Shown in pieces: positions 23,718-37,359 of a stretch of 64,000 nt of DNA. The stretch is from Octopus sinensis. Taxonomy: Eukaryota. The stretch spans positions 14,384,001 through 14,448,000 of the forward strand of contig NC_043003.1 of the NCBI RefSeq assembly GCF_006345805.1, written 5' to 3'. The notes beneath the pieces are model-generated. The model worked only from the letters and a program-made list of their open reading frames with translations. It did no database searches and was not told the origin of the DNA. The position numbers and the translations under genes are program-made. Within the stretch, counting starts at the first letter, position 1, and each line of letters starts with the position of its first letter.

Positions 23718-23763
23718 CAAGCAATAACTTAACTGTTCATCCAGCCGTGACACAGTGCTACGT
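23718..23763 (+). CDS. Candidate short internal exon of an unidentified gene
   Basis: Branch point caACTAAC (23688-23695), pyrimidine tract tttcttttcctctgtctc, CAG acceptor at 23715-23717 and GTGAGT donor at 23764. One open frame (SNNLTVHPAVTQCYV). Lies in an approximately 500-bp non-repetitive, relatively GC-rich island. No homology recognised. Confidence 0.35.
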
Positions 23764-24014
23764 GTGAGTGAATCCCTGTCTCCAATGCAGCCCACTGTAA
23801 TTGCTCCACCGCTGCCGCCACCTCCGCTGCTGCTGCCACCACCCTCTCTCTTTCGCCGCTGCATTTTCCCTTCCCCTCCCCCCGACTCCTCTCCCCGCCA
23901 CCTTTATCCTTTTGGATCTTTGCATCGATCTGGCATCTGCCGCCGCTGCTGCTTTGCACTGCATACACCAGTTTGAAAGCATCACTCTGATTTATTCCCT
24001 TATCTAACCTGAAC

Positions 24015-24840
24015 CGTCACCACCGTCACCACCGTCACCACCACTGCAACCACTACCACCACTGCAACCACCACCACCACCACCACCACCACCACCACCA
24101 CCATCACCATGACCATCACCACCACCACCACCACTGCCATCGCCACCACCACCACCACTACCACCACTGCAACCACCGCCACCATCACCACCACCACCAC
24201 CACCACTGCCATCGCCACCACCACCACTACCACCACTGCAACGACCGCCACCATCAACACCAATACAAACACCACAACTGCCATCACTACCATCACCACC
24301 ACTGCAACCACTACCACCACCGCAACCACCGCCACCATCACCACCACCACCACCACCACTGCCATCGCCACCACCACCACTACCACCACTGCAACCACCG
24401 CCACCATCAACACCAATACAAACACCACCACTGCCATCACTACCATCACCACCACCGCCACCATCAACTCCAATACAAACACTGACACTACTATTGCTAC
24501 TGCCGCCACCACCACCACCACCACCACAATCGCCACCACTACAAGTGCTGCTATCACCACCACCACCATCATCACCACTACCACCACAAACACAAACTCC
24601 ATCACCACAACTACCATGATTGTGATCATCACTGCCACCACCACCACCACCACCACCACCACCACCACCCCACTACCATCACCACCACAACCACCACCAC
24701 CACCACCACAACCATCAGCGCTGCTGCTGCTGCTGCCACCATCTCTGTGACCACTGCTACTGCTGCTTCTACTGCTGCTGCTGCTTCTGCTGCTTCTACT
24801 GCTGCTGCTGCTTCTGCTGCTACTATGACTCCTGCTGCTG
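24015..24840. repeat. (ACC)n/(CTG)n compound microsatellite with approximately 120-bp higher-order repeats
   Basis: The block ccgccaccatcaacaccaatacaaacaccac recurs at about 24246, 24399 and (variant) 24456. Confidence 0.9.
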
Positions 24841-25055
24841 TTCCTTTTCAATCTTCTCTTCCAATATCGATCGATGACTGTTCTATCACCTGAATCTGTC
24901 ACCATATTTAATGAACACATATTATTGGCACGCTCCCCCTCCCCCCTGCTTCTTTTATATCATCTTTGATGACTTTTTCATATCTGTTCTGCTGCACAAA
25001 CGGTATGCATATATGCTTATGTATACACACACACACACACACATATATATATATG

Positions 25056-25097
<42 letters not shown>

Positions 25098-25350
25098 CAT
25101 ACGAATGTATGTATGTATGTAAGGATGTATGTATGTATACATATATAAATGTGTGAGTGTGTGTCTATATATATACATACATGCATATATTTATATATAT
25201 CTATATCTATATACACATATATATGTATACATAGATATGTATAAATATATAGATATACACAACACTTACACACATAAGCACTTATTTATGCTATCTATGT
25301 ATCCATATGTGCATGTACATATATATGCATACTGTAATATATATATATAT

Positions 25351-25424
<74 letters not shown>

Positions 25425-26004
25425 CATATATATGTACACATCTATAAAAACATATATACATATATACAACTATACACACATATATACATTATATACATGT
25501 ATACACACACACACACATAGTTACATACAAACACATAAACACACACATTACACACACTTATACACACACTCGCACATTTCTGGTTTGGTGACTGGACTGT
25601 GGTCATTCCAAGGGGGCAGCACTTTCAAAGGTTTCAGCATATCATATCAACCCTAATACTTAATTTGCTACTCATTTCATCGATCCCTGTCAATCGAATG
25701 GTTGAGGTCACCAATAGAGTTATGTCCCTTTAGGGAGGTAGCCTTTCCGGTTTGATGATAATCTATGACTCATGGTTCCCTCCCTCCCTTCCACCCCCTC
25801 TTTTATCCATGCATGGTGGTGGTGGTGGTGGATACAAAACATCATGGGTGCTGACCTTTCACTTCTGACTGAGGTATAACAGAAGTATGTAACACTCTAT
25901 TAATACAAGAGGGATGTAATGGTTCTGAACTCTGGTTAGCAAAAGGAATCCACTGGAGTGGTTTGTCTCCCATTGTAATATCCAAGTTCACGTCGTCATA
26001 TGCA

Positions 26005-26062
<58 letters not shown>

Positions 26063-26065
<3 letters not shown>

Positions 26066-26760
26066 TCATCACATCGTTTAACGTCCGCTTTCCATGCTGG
26101 CATGGGTTGGACGGTTTGACTGAGGACTGCTGAGCCAGATGGCTGCACCAGGCTCAATCTGGTCTGGCAAAGTTTCTTCAGCTGGATGCCCTTCCTAATG
26201 CCAACAACTTCGAGAGTATAGTGGGTGCTTTTTATGTATCACCAGCATGAGGGCCAGTCACGGGGTTCTGGCAACGACCACGCTCATGCTCAAAAGGTAT
26301 TTTTATGTGCTACCAGCACAGGAGCCAGTCCACGGTCGAATGTTGTTTTTCACTTGCCACCGGCACATGTGCTGGTAAGGTGACGCTTGCAATGATCATG
26401 CTCGAATAGTGCTTTTCACATGTCATCGGCACAGGAACTTATCCATGGCTCTGGCTTTTTGTGCCTTTTGTGTTCCACTGGCACGAGTGCCAATCAGGCG
26501 GTACTGTCATTGGCCACGTCAGTGATTTTGGTTTGTTTACACTTGCCTCAATAGGTCTTCGCAAGCAATGTTTATTGTCCAATGAATGAGGGGTACTCAT
26601 AAGTGGCCAGTTACACCCCACGTTCGGATGTGGCTTTAAAATTCTACCGGCATGAGTGCCATTCAGGCGATACTGTCATTGGCCACGTCAGCAATTTTGA
26701 TTTTGATTTCACTTACCTCAACAAGTCTTCACAAGCAACATTTATTGTGCAATGAATGCG
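26063..26760 (-). mobile_element. RTE LINE 3' UTR copy (family C)
   Basis: catcatcacatcgtttaacgtccgctttccatgc...ctggatgcccttcctaatgcc plus upstream subrepeats. Confidence 0.75.
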
Positions 26761-26812
26761 TGGTTATATCTATATCTATATCTATATCTATATCTATCTA
26801 TACATATATCTA

Positions 26813-26900
<88 letters not shown>

Positions 26901-27164
26901 GTTATACAAAAAGAATGAACTGATTTCATTAAGCAATATTTTAATTAGGAAAAGCAATATGAAACTCCAGTTTAGTCACAAGTATTTACTCACAATCAAC
27001 TTCTGTCTTACAAATGTTCGATGTGGCTACTACCTGCAGCATGGGCAACATCAATGCAAAAGTAGGTATACTTACTGTATACCTACTTTTGCAACCCCAG
27101 TATATATGTGTGTGTGAGTGTGTGTGTGTGTGTATGTATGTATATACATATTTATATATATGTA

Positions 27165-27550
27165 GGCATAGGAGTGGCTGTGTGGTAAGTAGTTTGCATA
27201 CCAACCATATGGTTCTGGGTTCGGTCCCACTGCATGGCACCTTTGGCAAGTGTCTTCTACTATGGCCTCAGGCCGACCAAAGCCTTGTGAGTGGATCTGG
27301 TAGATGGAAACTGAAAGAAGCCCATCATATATATATATATATGTTTGTGTGTCTGTGTTTGTCCCCCCAACATCGCTTGACAGCCGATGCTGGTGTTTTC
27401 ACATCCCGTAATTAGCGATTCAGCAAAATAGACTGAATAGAATAAAGTACTAGGCTTACAAAGAATAGAGTAAGTCTGGGATTGATTGTTCAACTAGGTG
27501 GTTGATCCAGCATGGCTGCGTCAAATGATTGAAACAAATAAAGAATAAAA
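27165..27550 (+). mobile_element. SINE family A, full length
   Basis: ggcataggagtggctgtgtggtaagtag ... gaaacaaataaagaataaa. Confidence 0.8.
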
Positions 27551-27578
27551 AACACACACACATATATAGTATATTAAT

Positions 27579-27610
<32 letters not shown>

Positions 27611-28221
27611 GTATTGATAGATAGACACACGATAGAAAGATAGACAGACTGACAGATAGATATGTGGGTATAACATTGCTTAATATACAGGAAGTGTATA
27701 GATAGGAAGTCAATATCATGTACTTAGAAGATTACACAGATACATAACAGACACAGTAGGGTCTCTGGCTTGGATCCAGGATTTCAGATGATGCTAAATG
27801 TAAGGGAGCAGTTACTAATAAAAACATCCCCAAATTGCACGGATGGCTCACCTCGATATAGGATGTAATATTTTCTGTTATCTACATTTATCAATTAATG
27901 ATTGTGGGGCAAGGTTGCAGTTATGGTGGGGTTTACGGGGAAAATATAGTAAGTACAGGGAGAAGAGAGCAGATGAATTTCAAGGAGCAGTTTAATCCTG
28001 TTATTTATAAAGGGCTGACTGCGTAAAGGATGTTTGAGGTGTGTGATGCGGTGTGATAGGCAGATAAATATATTCAATGTAGATATATGGCGATTGGATA
28101 GAAATAGGTTGAGAAACGATCTTTTGGATGGTTAACATCACAGCTTGTATGGAATGTAGAATCCAGCCAAGTGAATGCCTGGATATTAAAAATATCGACA
28201 CAGGAATGGCTGTATGGTAAG

Positions 28222-28455
28222 AAGGTGACGAGTTGGCAGAATCGTTAGCACTCCGGGCGAAATGCTTAGCGGTATTTCATCTGCCACTGTTTTCTGAGTT
28301 CAAATTCCGCTGAGGTCGATTTTGCCTTTCATCCTTTCGGGGTCGATTAAATAAGTACCAGTTATGCACTGGGGTCGATATAATCGACTTAATCCGTTTG
28401 TCTGTCTTTGTTTGTCCTCTCTGTGTGTGTAGCCCCTTCTGGGTAGTAAAGAAAT
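28222..28455 (+). mobile_element. SINE family B, full length
   Basis: aaggtgacgagttggcagaatcgttagc ... tagccccttctgggtagtaaagaaataaa. Confidence 0.8.
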
Positions 28456-30522
28456 AAAAAAGAAATAAGAAGCTTGCTTCCCAAACACATGCTTCTGGGT
28501 TCAGTCCCACTGTGTGACACCTTAGGCAAGTGTCTTCTGCTATAGTTGGATCACACTATCAACAGGCATCAGAGAATTCTATGGCATTGTATGACAGTTG
28601 GGTTTTACTATTTTAAACTTCTCCATCGATGATGTTAAGGGAAGCTGGAGTTTTTGCTGTGGCTCTCTACAACCCAATTCTCATGAAGTATGGTGGCTTA
28701 CCGATCCATGCTTATTGGAATTTTCAAGCATATTCTCTCATTTCTTTACTCTTGAAGTAAGACACTCAGCAAAAGTGCCTGTTGATTTGTACAATTTGAA
28801 ATTATAATATGGACATACATACATACATACATACATACGTTCATCCATCCATACGTATGTGCATATATACACAAATACATAGATACAAACATGAATGCAT
28901 ACATACATACATACATATTTGCACACATACATACATACATAAATAACATACATACATGCATGCATACATACATATATACAACCATACATACATATATATG
29001 TGCATACATACACATATGTACACAGATAAACATATGCATGCATACATACATGCTTACGTGCATACATACACATTTGCATACATACATGCATACATACATG
29101 CATGCATACATACATGCATGCATACATACATATGTCCATACATACATAGGTGCATACATTCATCCATGCATGCATATTGATGTAGTTGTGGATGTGTGGC
29201 AAGAAGCTTGCTTCTCAGCCACATGGCCTTGGGTTCGGTCCCACCGAGTGGCACCTTGGGTAAATGTCTTTTACTATACTTTTAGCTAAAGGATGGCTAA
29301 TGTGTCATCGTCCTCATCATCATTGTTTAAATGACCATTTTCCATGCTGGCATGGGTTGGAATATTTAACAGAAGCTGGCAAGCTGGAGAGCTGCTCCAG
29401 GCTTCAATCGTCTGGTTTGGCACAGTTTCTATGGTTAGATGCTTTTCTTAATGCCAACCACTTTACAAAGTGTACAGGGTGCCTTTTACATGACACCAGG
29501 AGGGGTACTTTTTACATGACACCAGGAGGGGTACTTTTTACGTGGCACCAGGAGGGGTACTTTTTACGTGGCACCAGCATGGGTGCCCTTTCTGTGACAT
29601 TAGTTAGGTGATTTTTATGTGGCATTGGCATGTATGCCTTTTACGTGGCACTGGTATGTGTATCTGTTTATGTCTCCTGATTTTGACATCACATGATGGT
29701 TTTAAAATGAATGTCATCTATTTCAGGGTTCCATGGAAACATGCCTTGTCATGTGCAACTATTACCTAGGTTTGAAACAAGTGACGTTTGGTGATAGAAT
29801 AAGCATCCAACTGCAGCAAATCTGCCTCAACGACCTATGTGTGGTGCATGTCAGCATGGAAAAAGTGGATGGCTATGACAACAACAAATATAACGATGAT
29901 GATAATGATGATGATGATGATAATGATGATGATGATAATTATGATTATGATGATAACGATTCCATGAAAACTTGCCCAGTCATGTGAAATTACTACATTG
30001 GTTAGAAACACACGATAGTTGGTGACAGAATAGGCATCCAGCTGCAGGAAATTTGCTTCAGCGACTTACGTGTGATACATGTCAGCATTAAAAAAGCGGA
30101 TGACTACGACTACAACAACAACAACAGCAACAACGACAATGATGATGATGATGACTCAGATGACAATGATGACGATATTTGAAAAAAAAATTTTTTTGTG
30201 GAAATGAAAAATTATCTGAAATAAATCTTTGAGAAAAGCTGATTAACACAGGCCTAATTGAGAGAAGAAGATTTTTGTGTGCAAACACTGAAGACAGCAA
30301 AAGTACTTATGCACAAAATCCTCTTTCAACAGGTTTGTTTAAATCCGTTTTGCTTAAGATACATTTTAATTATCAGACAAAAAAAAAAACTTTTTTGGAT
30401 ATGGTAATTGTATCAAGAACATTTTCTCAACTTTTGAAATATATATACATATATATATATTATATATATTTTGTATATATATTATGTGTATATATATATA
30501 TGTATAATTTAGTATATATATA

Positions 30523-30565
<43 letters not shown>

Positions 30566-31687
30566 AATAAAATAGAACATATGCATGTATATAAACATAT
30601 ATGTACGTACCTACCTCTCATGTACATATACACTATATGTGTACAGGACACCAAAATACGTCGAACACATAGAGAGACAAACACATAGACACAAACCAAG
30701 GAACAAGACAAGCAAAAAAAAAAAAAAAAAGGAGAGATACAGGACAATAAGCACAAAGAAAAATCCCTTCTTCATGTCGCTAAGATTTCACTACTAAACG
30801 TTTCGAAGGATAAAAGCGAGACGTAATTCGAAGAAATTCCTTCCCGCGAAAAGCAAATCATTAAAATTCTGAGATCTTTCGCAGAGGGGTAAAAAAAAAC
30901 AAAAGACGGTAACGACAGTACAAAATATAAACAGTAAAAAATATATATATAAACAGTGGAAAAATAAATGTATATATACATATATATTATTATATAATAT
31001 ATATATATGTATATATGTATATATATGTCACTCTCTGTCCCTCTCTCTCTCTCTATATATGTATGTATACATACATACATACATACACACACACATATAT
31101 ATATATATATATGACACACACATATACATACATAAATGCATACATACATACATGCATATATAAACACACATGTACACACACATACATATACACACTCATG
31201 CTCACGCACATACTCACACACACATGTGCACACCACCACACACACACACACACACATACATGTTAATGCTTGCTTTTATGTTCTAATAAAAACAGTTTTA
31301 CATTAAATTGAAGGATTACTCAATGCCATTCTTATTAAAGAATAAAAAAGCATAGAATCTCAGGCATGGCTGTGTGGTAAGAAGTTTGCTTTCCAACCAT
31401 GTGGCTCTGGGTTCAGTCCCACATGGCTCGGGGCTGACTGACACCTAGACTGTGAATTTGGTAAACGGAAACTGTAAGAAGCTCATCATGTGTGTGTGTG
31501 TGTGATTGTTCCTCACCACTGCTTGACAACCAGTTTGGCAGAAGATATCAGTGGAATATGTATGAAATTCAAAGAGTAAAATGTACTGGGGTTTATTCAT
31601 TCACCTACAAATTCTTGAAGGCTGTGCTCCAGCATGTCCTTGAAGTCTTATGATTGAAGCAAGTAGAAGATAAAAGATATCTGTCTG

Positions 31688-31765
<78 letters not shown>

Positions 31766-32529
31766 AATCTATCTATCTATCTATTTATCTCACACACATA
31801 TAGCTGTGTGTTTCTATGTTTACTTGTGTGTGTGTGTGTATTTGTGTATTTATGCATGGATGTGTGCATGTATGTCCAAAGAACTTTTATTCCAGTTTCA
31901 GATGAGTGAAATAACTTTTCCTTGTAAGATAGTTTCATATATTTGGTTTAAAGAATAAAGAAAAAAAAACCCTTCTGGTGTATTTAACCACACCGAATAG
32001 TTTTATATATAAGCTATCAGTGACTGATAGCTTTACACTGACAGTCACTAAGAGCTTTTGTCCTTTTGTGCACTGCCTGAGGAGACATATAGGTCACAAA
32101 ACAGAACATTGTGAAGCATATCACTTGCTACAAGGTCAACTTGTATCTATTTCTTTAACATTATGTACAGTTGACTTCTACTATTTATTTGTCTATTGTA
32201 TAGAGTCTTATCATAGTCCCAAGTAATTAATGATCTATTTGAACTTAGGTGAAAAATTCTATGCTAAGACTAATTATAAGCTGGGAAGTATATATATATG
32301 CCCCTTGTTCTCGAGTCTTTGTGTGTCTGTGTATGTGTATGTGTGTATATAAAAATATATGTGTAATGTTCACTGTTGTCTAATGATATTTAAAATGTAC
32401 ACATTTATGTATATGTAAGCAAATATACATACATACATACATATATACATACATACATGCATGCATACATACATACATACATACAAACATGCATACATAC
32501 ATATATACATACATACATACATACATACA

Positions 32530-32563
<34 letters not shown>

Positions 32564-33032
32564 CAAATCTGCATAAATATAATTTTAATTGGTGTGTCTA
32601 CGAATTTTGTAATTTTTCTATTTTTTCTGTATTTTTTCTGGAATTTTAATACATCATTTAATATGTCCTTTTTATGTTTTATTATCCCAAATTTTTAATT
32701 TACTAATGTTTTATAACTTTAAGCATAAATTCACTGTGTTTTGTATGTAACACTGATTCTTATATATTTATATATATTATATGATTTTTATCTATTTATA
32801 TATATCATTATATTTATATATGTCTAATTTTATATCCGTTCTGTAGACATAAATGAATATATGAATATATGTATGTATTTGATCTTTGTGTGTTCCTGCT
32901 CGCATTACCTCCGCTCAAATTAAGAAGTGGTATATAGCTCATTTGGAGCACTACAACTCCAGTCTGTATTATATTTTGAGTATTGTTATTTCTAGCTAGC
33001 TCAAGATATAACTGTATATTTTGTATTTTATC

Positions 33033-33071
<39 letters not shown>

Positions 33072-33077
33072 TATATA

Positions 33078-33860
33078 TACTAGCATGGGTTGGACGGTTC
33101 GACCGGGGTGTGGGAAGACAGGAGGCTGCACCAGGCTCCAGTCTGATCTGGCAGTATTTCTACAGCTGGATGCCTTTCCTAACAATAACCACTCCGTAAG
33201 TGTAGTGGGTGCTTTTTATGTGCCAGGGGAAGCTGGTAATGGCCACGATCGGTTGGTGCGTTTTACGTGCTGCTGGCACGGAAGCCAGTCAAGGTGGCAC
33301 TGGCATCGGCCACGTTCGGATGGTGCTTTTTATGTGCCACCGGCACAGGTATCACAACTACAATTTCCATTTGAGTTTTTGATGTTGATGTACTTGACTC
33401 AATAGGTCTCCTCAAGCACAGCAGGTTGCCCTATGATCCAAGGTAAGCACAGCAGGCCGTCCTGCGATCCAAGGCATTTTGGATGAATTGGGGCTTCTAT
33501 GTGAAGCTGGTGCAGGAAACAGCCATGAACTCACGTTATTTGTCAGGTCTTCGTAGTCACAGCATATCTCCAGAGGTTTCGGTCTTTCGTCATTGCCTCT
33601 GTGAGACCCAACGTTTGAAGGTCATGCTTGGCGACCTTATCCCATGTCTTCCTGGGTCTACCTCCACCCTGGATTCCTTCAAATGTTTGGGAGTGGCACT
33701 TCTTCACACATCTCACCTCATCCATCCGTAGTACATAACCATACCAGCGCAGACATCTCCCTTGCATGCCACATCCAATGCTTCTTATGTCCAGCATTTC
33801 TCTCAGAGCACTTACACTTTGTCATGTGTGCACACTGAAATTACACATCCAGCAGATCAT
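33078..33860 (-). mobile_element. RTE LINE 3' end: RT C-terminus contiguous with family C 3' UTR
   Basis: ORF 33797-33543 (RCLRWYGYVLRM...GGGRPRKTWDKV...LGLTEAMTKDRNLWR) runs directly into the family C sequence ending ccaacccatgctag. Confidence 0.8.
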
Positions 33861-34271
33861 GCTAGCTTCATTTCCTTCAAGTCTAGCTGTAGAAACACTG
33901 CCAGATCAGACTGGAGCCTGGTGCAGCCTCCTGCCTTCCCAGACCCTGGTTGAACCATCCAACCCATACTAGCATGGAAAACGGACGTTAAACGATGATG
34001 ATGATGATATATAAAAATTTTTTTTTGGAATGAGATAAAAAACCAAGGCTGTGAAGATTTTAGAACATTTATAAATAGAATGTCTTACAGCTGTTTCCAG
34101 GATATTTATTATATCCCAGACTCCTTATTCGCATAATCACCAAACCTGGAGCTTAACTATGGTCTGTCCATAGCACTTACTCAGCATTACCTGATACCTT
34201 TGGGTCTTATTGACACCATTACCTCTCATAACCTCTCTCTCTCTTTCTTTATCTCTCTCTTTCTTTCTCTC

Positions 34272-34309
<38 letters not shown>

Positions 34310-34416
34310 ATCTATCTATCTGTCTATCTCTCTCTCTCTCTCTCTTCTATATATATATATATACACACACACATACATATCTAAAGATATGTCTTTCTAT
34401 ATATATATGTATATAT

Positions 34417-34461
<45 letters not shown>

Positions 34462-34472
34462 TATACATACAC

Positions 34473-35022
34473 ACAGATTAGGGGTACAACAGGCACCAGT
34501 ATTTACTGGAAATAGCAGTCAATACATATACGACGCTATAGTAAAGCTTCACTGTGTATATACTGGCAAAGATGTGTGAGTGCAACAAACATGAAAAATT
34601 TGTCTTACCTCTAGGAAGAACATTTGATGAATAGACAACTCAGAATCGGATAATGCAGTACCTAGGTTTCTGACCCTTCAAATATGGTTGTCAATGTAAA
34701 TTTGATCAGTCTTCATCAGCTGCATTTACCTAGACAGTATTTCAAATGTTGCCACATCAATGCCAGTATACTCACCTGAACACTTAGCCATTAACTGAAC
34801 GAGAAGAGTGAAAAAGTTTTCAATGAAAAATAAAGCATTGCAATACAAATGTATTACTTTCCAGTAAAATAAAGCACCATAAATGTAGAAGTATAAATAT
34901 AAATATAAATACAGATTAGTGGTACAAAAAGGCACCAATATTTACTGGAAATAGCAGTTGATACATATACAATGCTATAGTAAAGTTTCACTGTATATAT
35001 ACTGGCAAAGACGTGTGAGTGC
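34473..35022. repeat. About 111-bp direct repeats (34473-34583, 34911-35022; period 438 bp) flanking a hammerhead
   Basis: acagattag.ggtacaa..aggcacca.tatttactggaaatagcag...gtgtgagtgc occurs twice at about 90% identity by eye. Confidence 0.85.
34652..34726 (-). ncRNA. Type-I hammerhead ribozyme, complete core
   Basis: AATGCAG-CTGATGA-A-gact-ga-tcaaat-(16 nt)-atttga-ag-ggtc-A-GAAA-CCTAGG-TA|CTGCATT. Perfect 7-bp helix I and palindromic ACCTAGGT helix III; predicted cleavage at 34659/34658. Confidence 0.8.
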
Positions 35023-35853
35023 CTACATGCTTACATGCATACATACGTATGTATACATATATATGCATTCATATATGTATAAACTCTGTGACTGATAGTT
35101 TTACACTGAAACTCTTTGAATGTCCAAAGAAGTTCTTTGAATGCCACCACTAACCATACTTAAATTCCTCACTCTATCTTGCTTTATTCATACACACTTT
35201 CTCTCTTCCCCTTGACCAGAAATATTTCCTCACCCTCTTCCCTCCACATTGTTTTTTTTTTCAAATAACAACCCCCTTACTAAATTCTCTGATTCAGCCA
35301 AAACAGCTCCATTGGTCAGTACCAGTCAATTGACCCCGCTGAAATTCCTCCTTCCTTTCACTCCCTTATATTTTCTTCTTTTCCTTTTTTTTTTCCCCTC
35401 CTCCTCCTAACACCATTCGAACATGGCAGATGCCAGCGCCGCCTGACTGGTGTCTGTGTTGGTGACAGGTAAAAAGCACCAACCGATTGTGGCCGTTTGC
35501 CAGCCACCTCTGGCCCCTGTGCTGGTGGCACGTAACAAGCACTCACTACACTCTCAGAGTGGTTGGCGTTAGGAAGGGCATCCAGCTGTAGAAACACTGC
35601 CAGATCAGACTGGAGCCTGGTGCAGCATCCTTGCTTCGCACACCCTGGTCGAACCATCCAACCCATGCTAGCATGGAAAACGGACGTTAAACGATGATAA
35701 TGATGATGATGATGATGATGATTCTAACACTTATTTCTACCTACATTTATATTCACCTCTCATACTGTATTCCCCACACATTCTGATTGAATCTTCCATG
35801 CTTCAACATGTACCTCCTTGTCACAGTGTAACCTCTAATTTAATCAAGATAAC

Positions 35854-35943
35854 CTTGGCCTGAAGAATAGCTGGTGGTATACACCTCGCTTGGATTTTTA
35901 CCACTTCTGAGGTTCCGCCCGTTATGAAACATATGTAGCCTGG
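35854..35943 (+). ncRNA. Type-I hammerhead ribozyme, complete core
   Basis: cttggc-CTGAAGA-atagc(t)gg...gtggta/taccac...ccgttat-GAAA-CATATG-TA|gcctgg. Palindromic ACATATGT helix III; predicted cleavage after 35937. Confidence 0.75.
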
Positions 35944-36559
35944 ATCTTACCTACACCATTCCATAACTCTTGTATTCTTATTCCTATTTGTGCAGCCACC
36001 AATACTGGTCACCTACCATGGAATATAAAAAAAACTTTTTTTCAACTTATCATTCTTTGATATGAAAAAAATCCACAAGCTTCCATCTCAATAAACCACT
36101 GTTGTCTCTGAAAGTTGTTTTTTCATATTTATTATGAATTGCTTGAAGCTAACTTTCTTCCTACATGTCGATCCCTGGATCTTACAGTGATATATATATA
36201 CATATATATATACATAAAACATATATGTATACAAATATATCTATATAAGCGTATCTATACTTTTTACTCTTTAACTCTTTTACTTGTTTCAGTCATGTGA
36301 CTGTGGCCATGATGGAGCACCGCCTTTAGTCGAGCAAATTGATCCCAGGACTTATTCTTTGTAAGCCTAGTACTTATTCTATCGGTCACTTTTGCCGAAC
36401 TGCTAATTTACAGGGACATAAACACATCAGCATAGGTTATCAAGCGATGTTGGGGGGACAAACATAGACACACAAACACATACAGATATACATACATAAC
36501 CCATGCTAGCATGGAAAACGGACGCTAAACGATGATGATGATGATGATGATGTGATATA

Positions 36560-36590
<31 letters not shown>

Positions 36591-36768
36591 CATATATACA
36601 ACGGGCTTCTTTCAGTTTCCGTCTACCAAATCCACTCACAAGGCTTTGTCAGCTAGAGCTATAGTAGAAGACACTTGCCCAAGGTGCCACACAGTGGGAC
36701 TGAACCTACTTACTGCACACCCACTTCTACGCCTATGTATATATATATATTTGTGTGTGTGTGTGTAT

Positions 36769-36801
<33 letters not shown>

Positions 36802-37105
36802 CTTATGTATATGTATATGTTTGTGTGTCTATGTTTGTCCACCTCAACATCACTTGACAACCGATGCTGGTGTATTTACATCCCCGTAACTTAGCGGTTC
36901 AGCAAAGAGACAGATAGAATAAGTACTAGGCTTACAAAGAATAAGTCCTGGGATCGACCTTTATGCCTAAAGATGATGCTCCAGCATGGCTGCAGTCAAA
37001 TGACTGCCACAAGTAAAAGAATTAAAGAATATCTATATATATATATATACACACACACACATATGTATATAAATATATGTATGTACGTATGTATGTATGT
37101 ATGTC

Positions 37106-37144
<39 letters not shown>

Positions 37145-37259
37145 GATATATATATGTATATATACATACATGTGTATAAACATATATCAATATATGTGTG
37201 TATGTCTTTATTTATATATAAAGTATACATATACATATACATATATATGTATATATATA

Positions 37260-37359
<100 letters not shown>

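Noticed and set aside
24000-24920. 306-aa Val/Ser-rich and 213-aa Thr-rich (mucin-like) ORFs
   Set aside because: They coincide exactly with an (ACC)n/(CTG)n tract, with no signal peptide or supported splice context.
27880-28200. Possible CR1/Jockey-type LINE 3' remnant on the minus strand
   Set aside because: Similarity needs several frameshifts and cannot be supported by eye.
30790-30860. gaagga/tccttc-GAAACGTT stem on the minus strand
   Set aside because: No CUGANGA at the required position.
32060-32115. CTGAGGA-gac-atatag-gtc-acaaaac possible hammerhead relic
   Set aside because: GAAA is absent and helices I and III are not recoverable; too degraded to count.
34609-34794. Two small minus-strand exons (LMAKCS / GTALSDSELSIHQMFFLE)
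   Set aside because: The acceptor of the second is weak, and the region is better explained as the hammerhead-bearing repeat unit.
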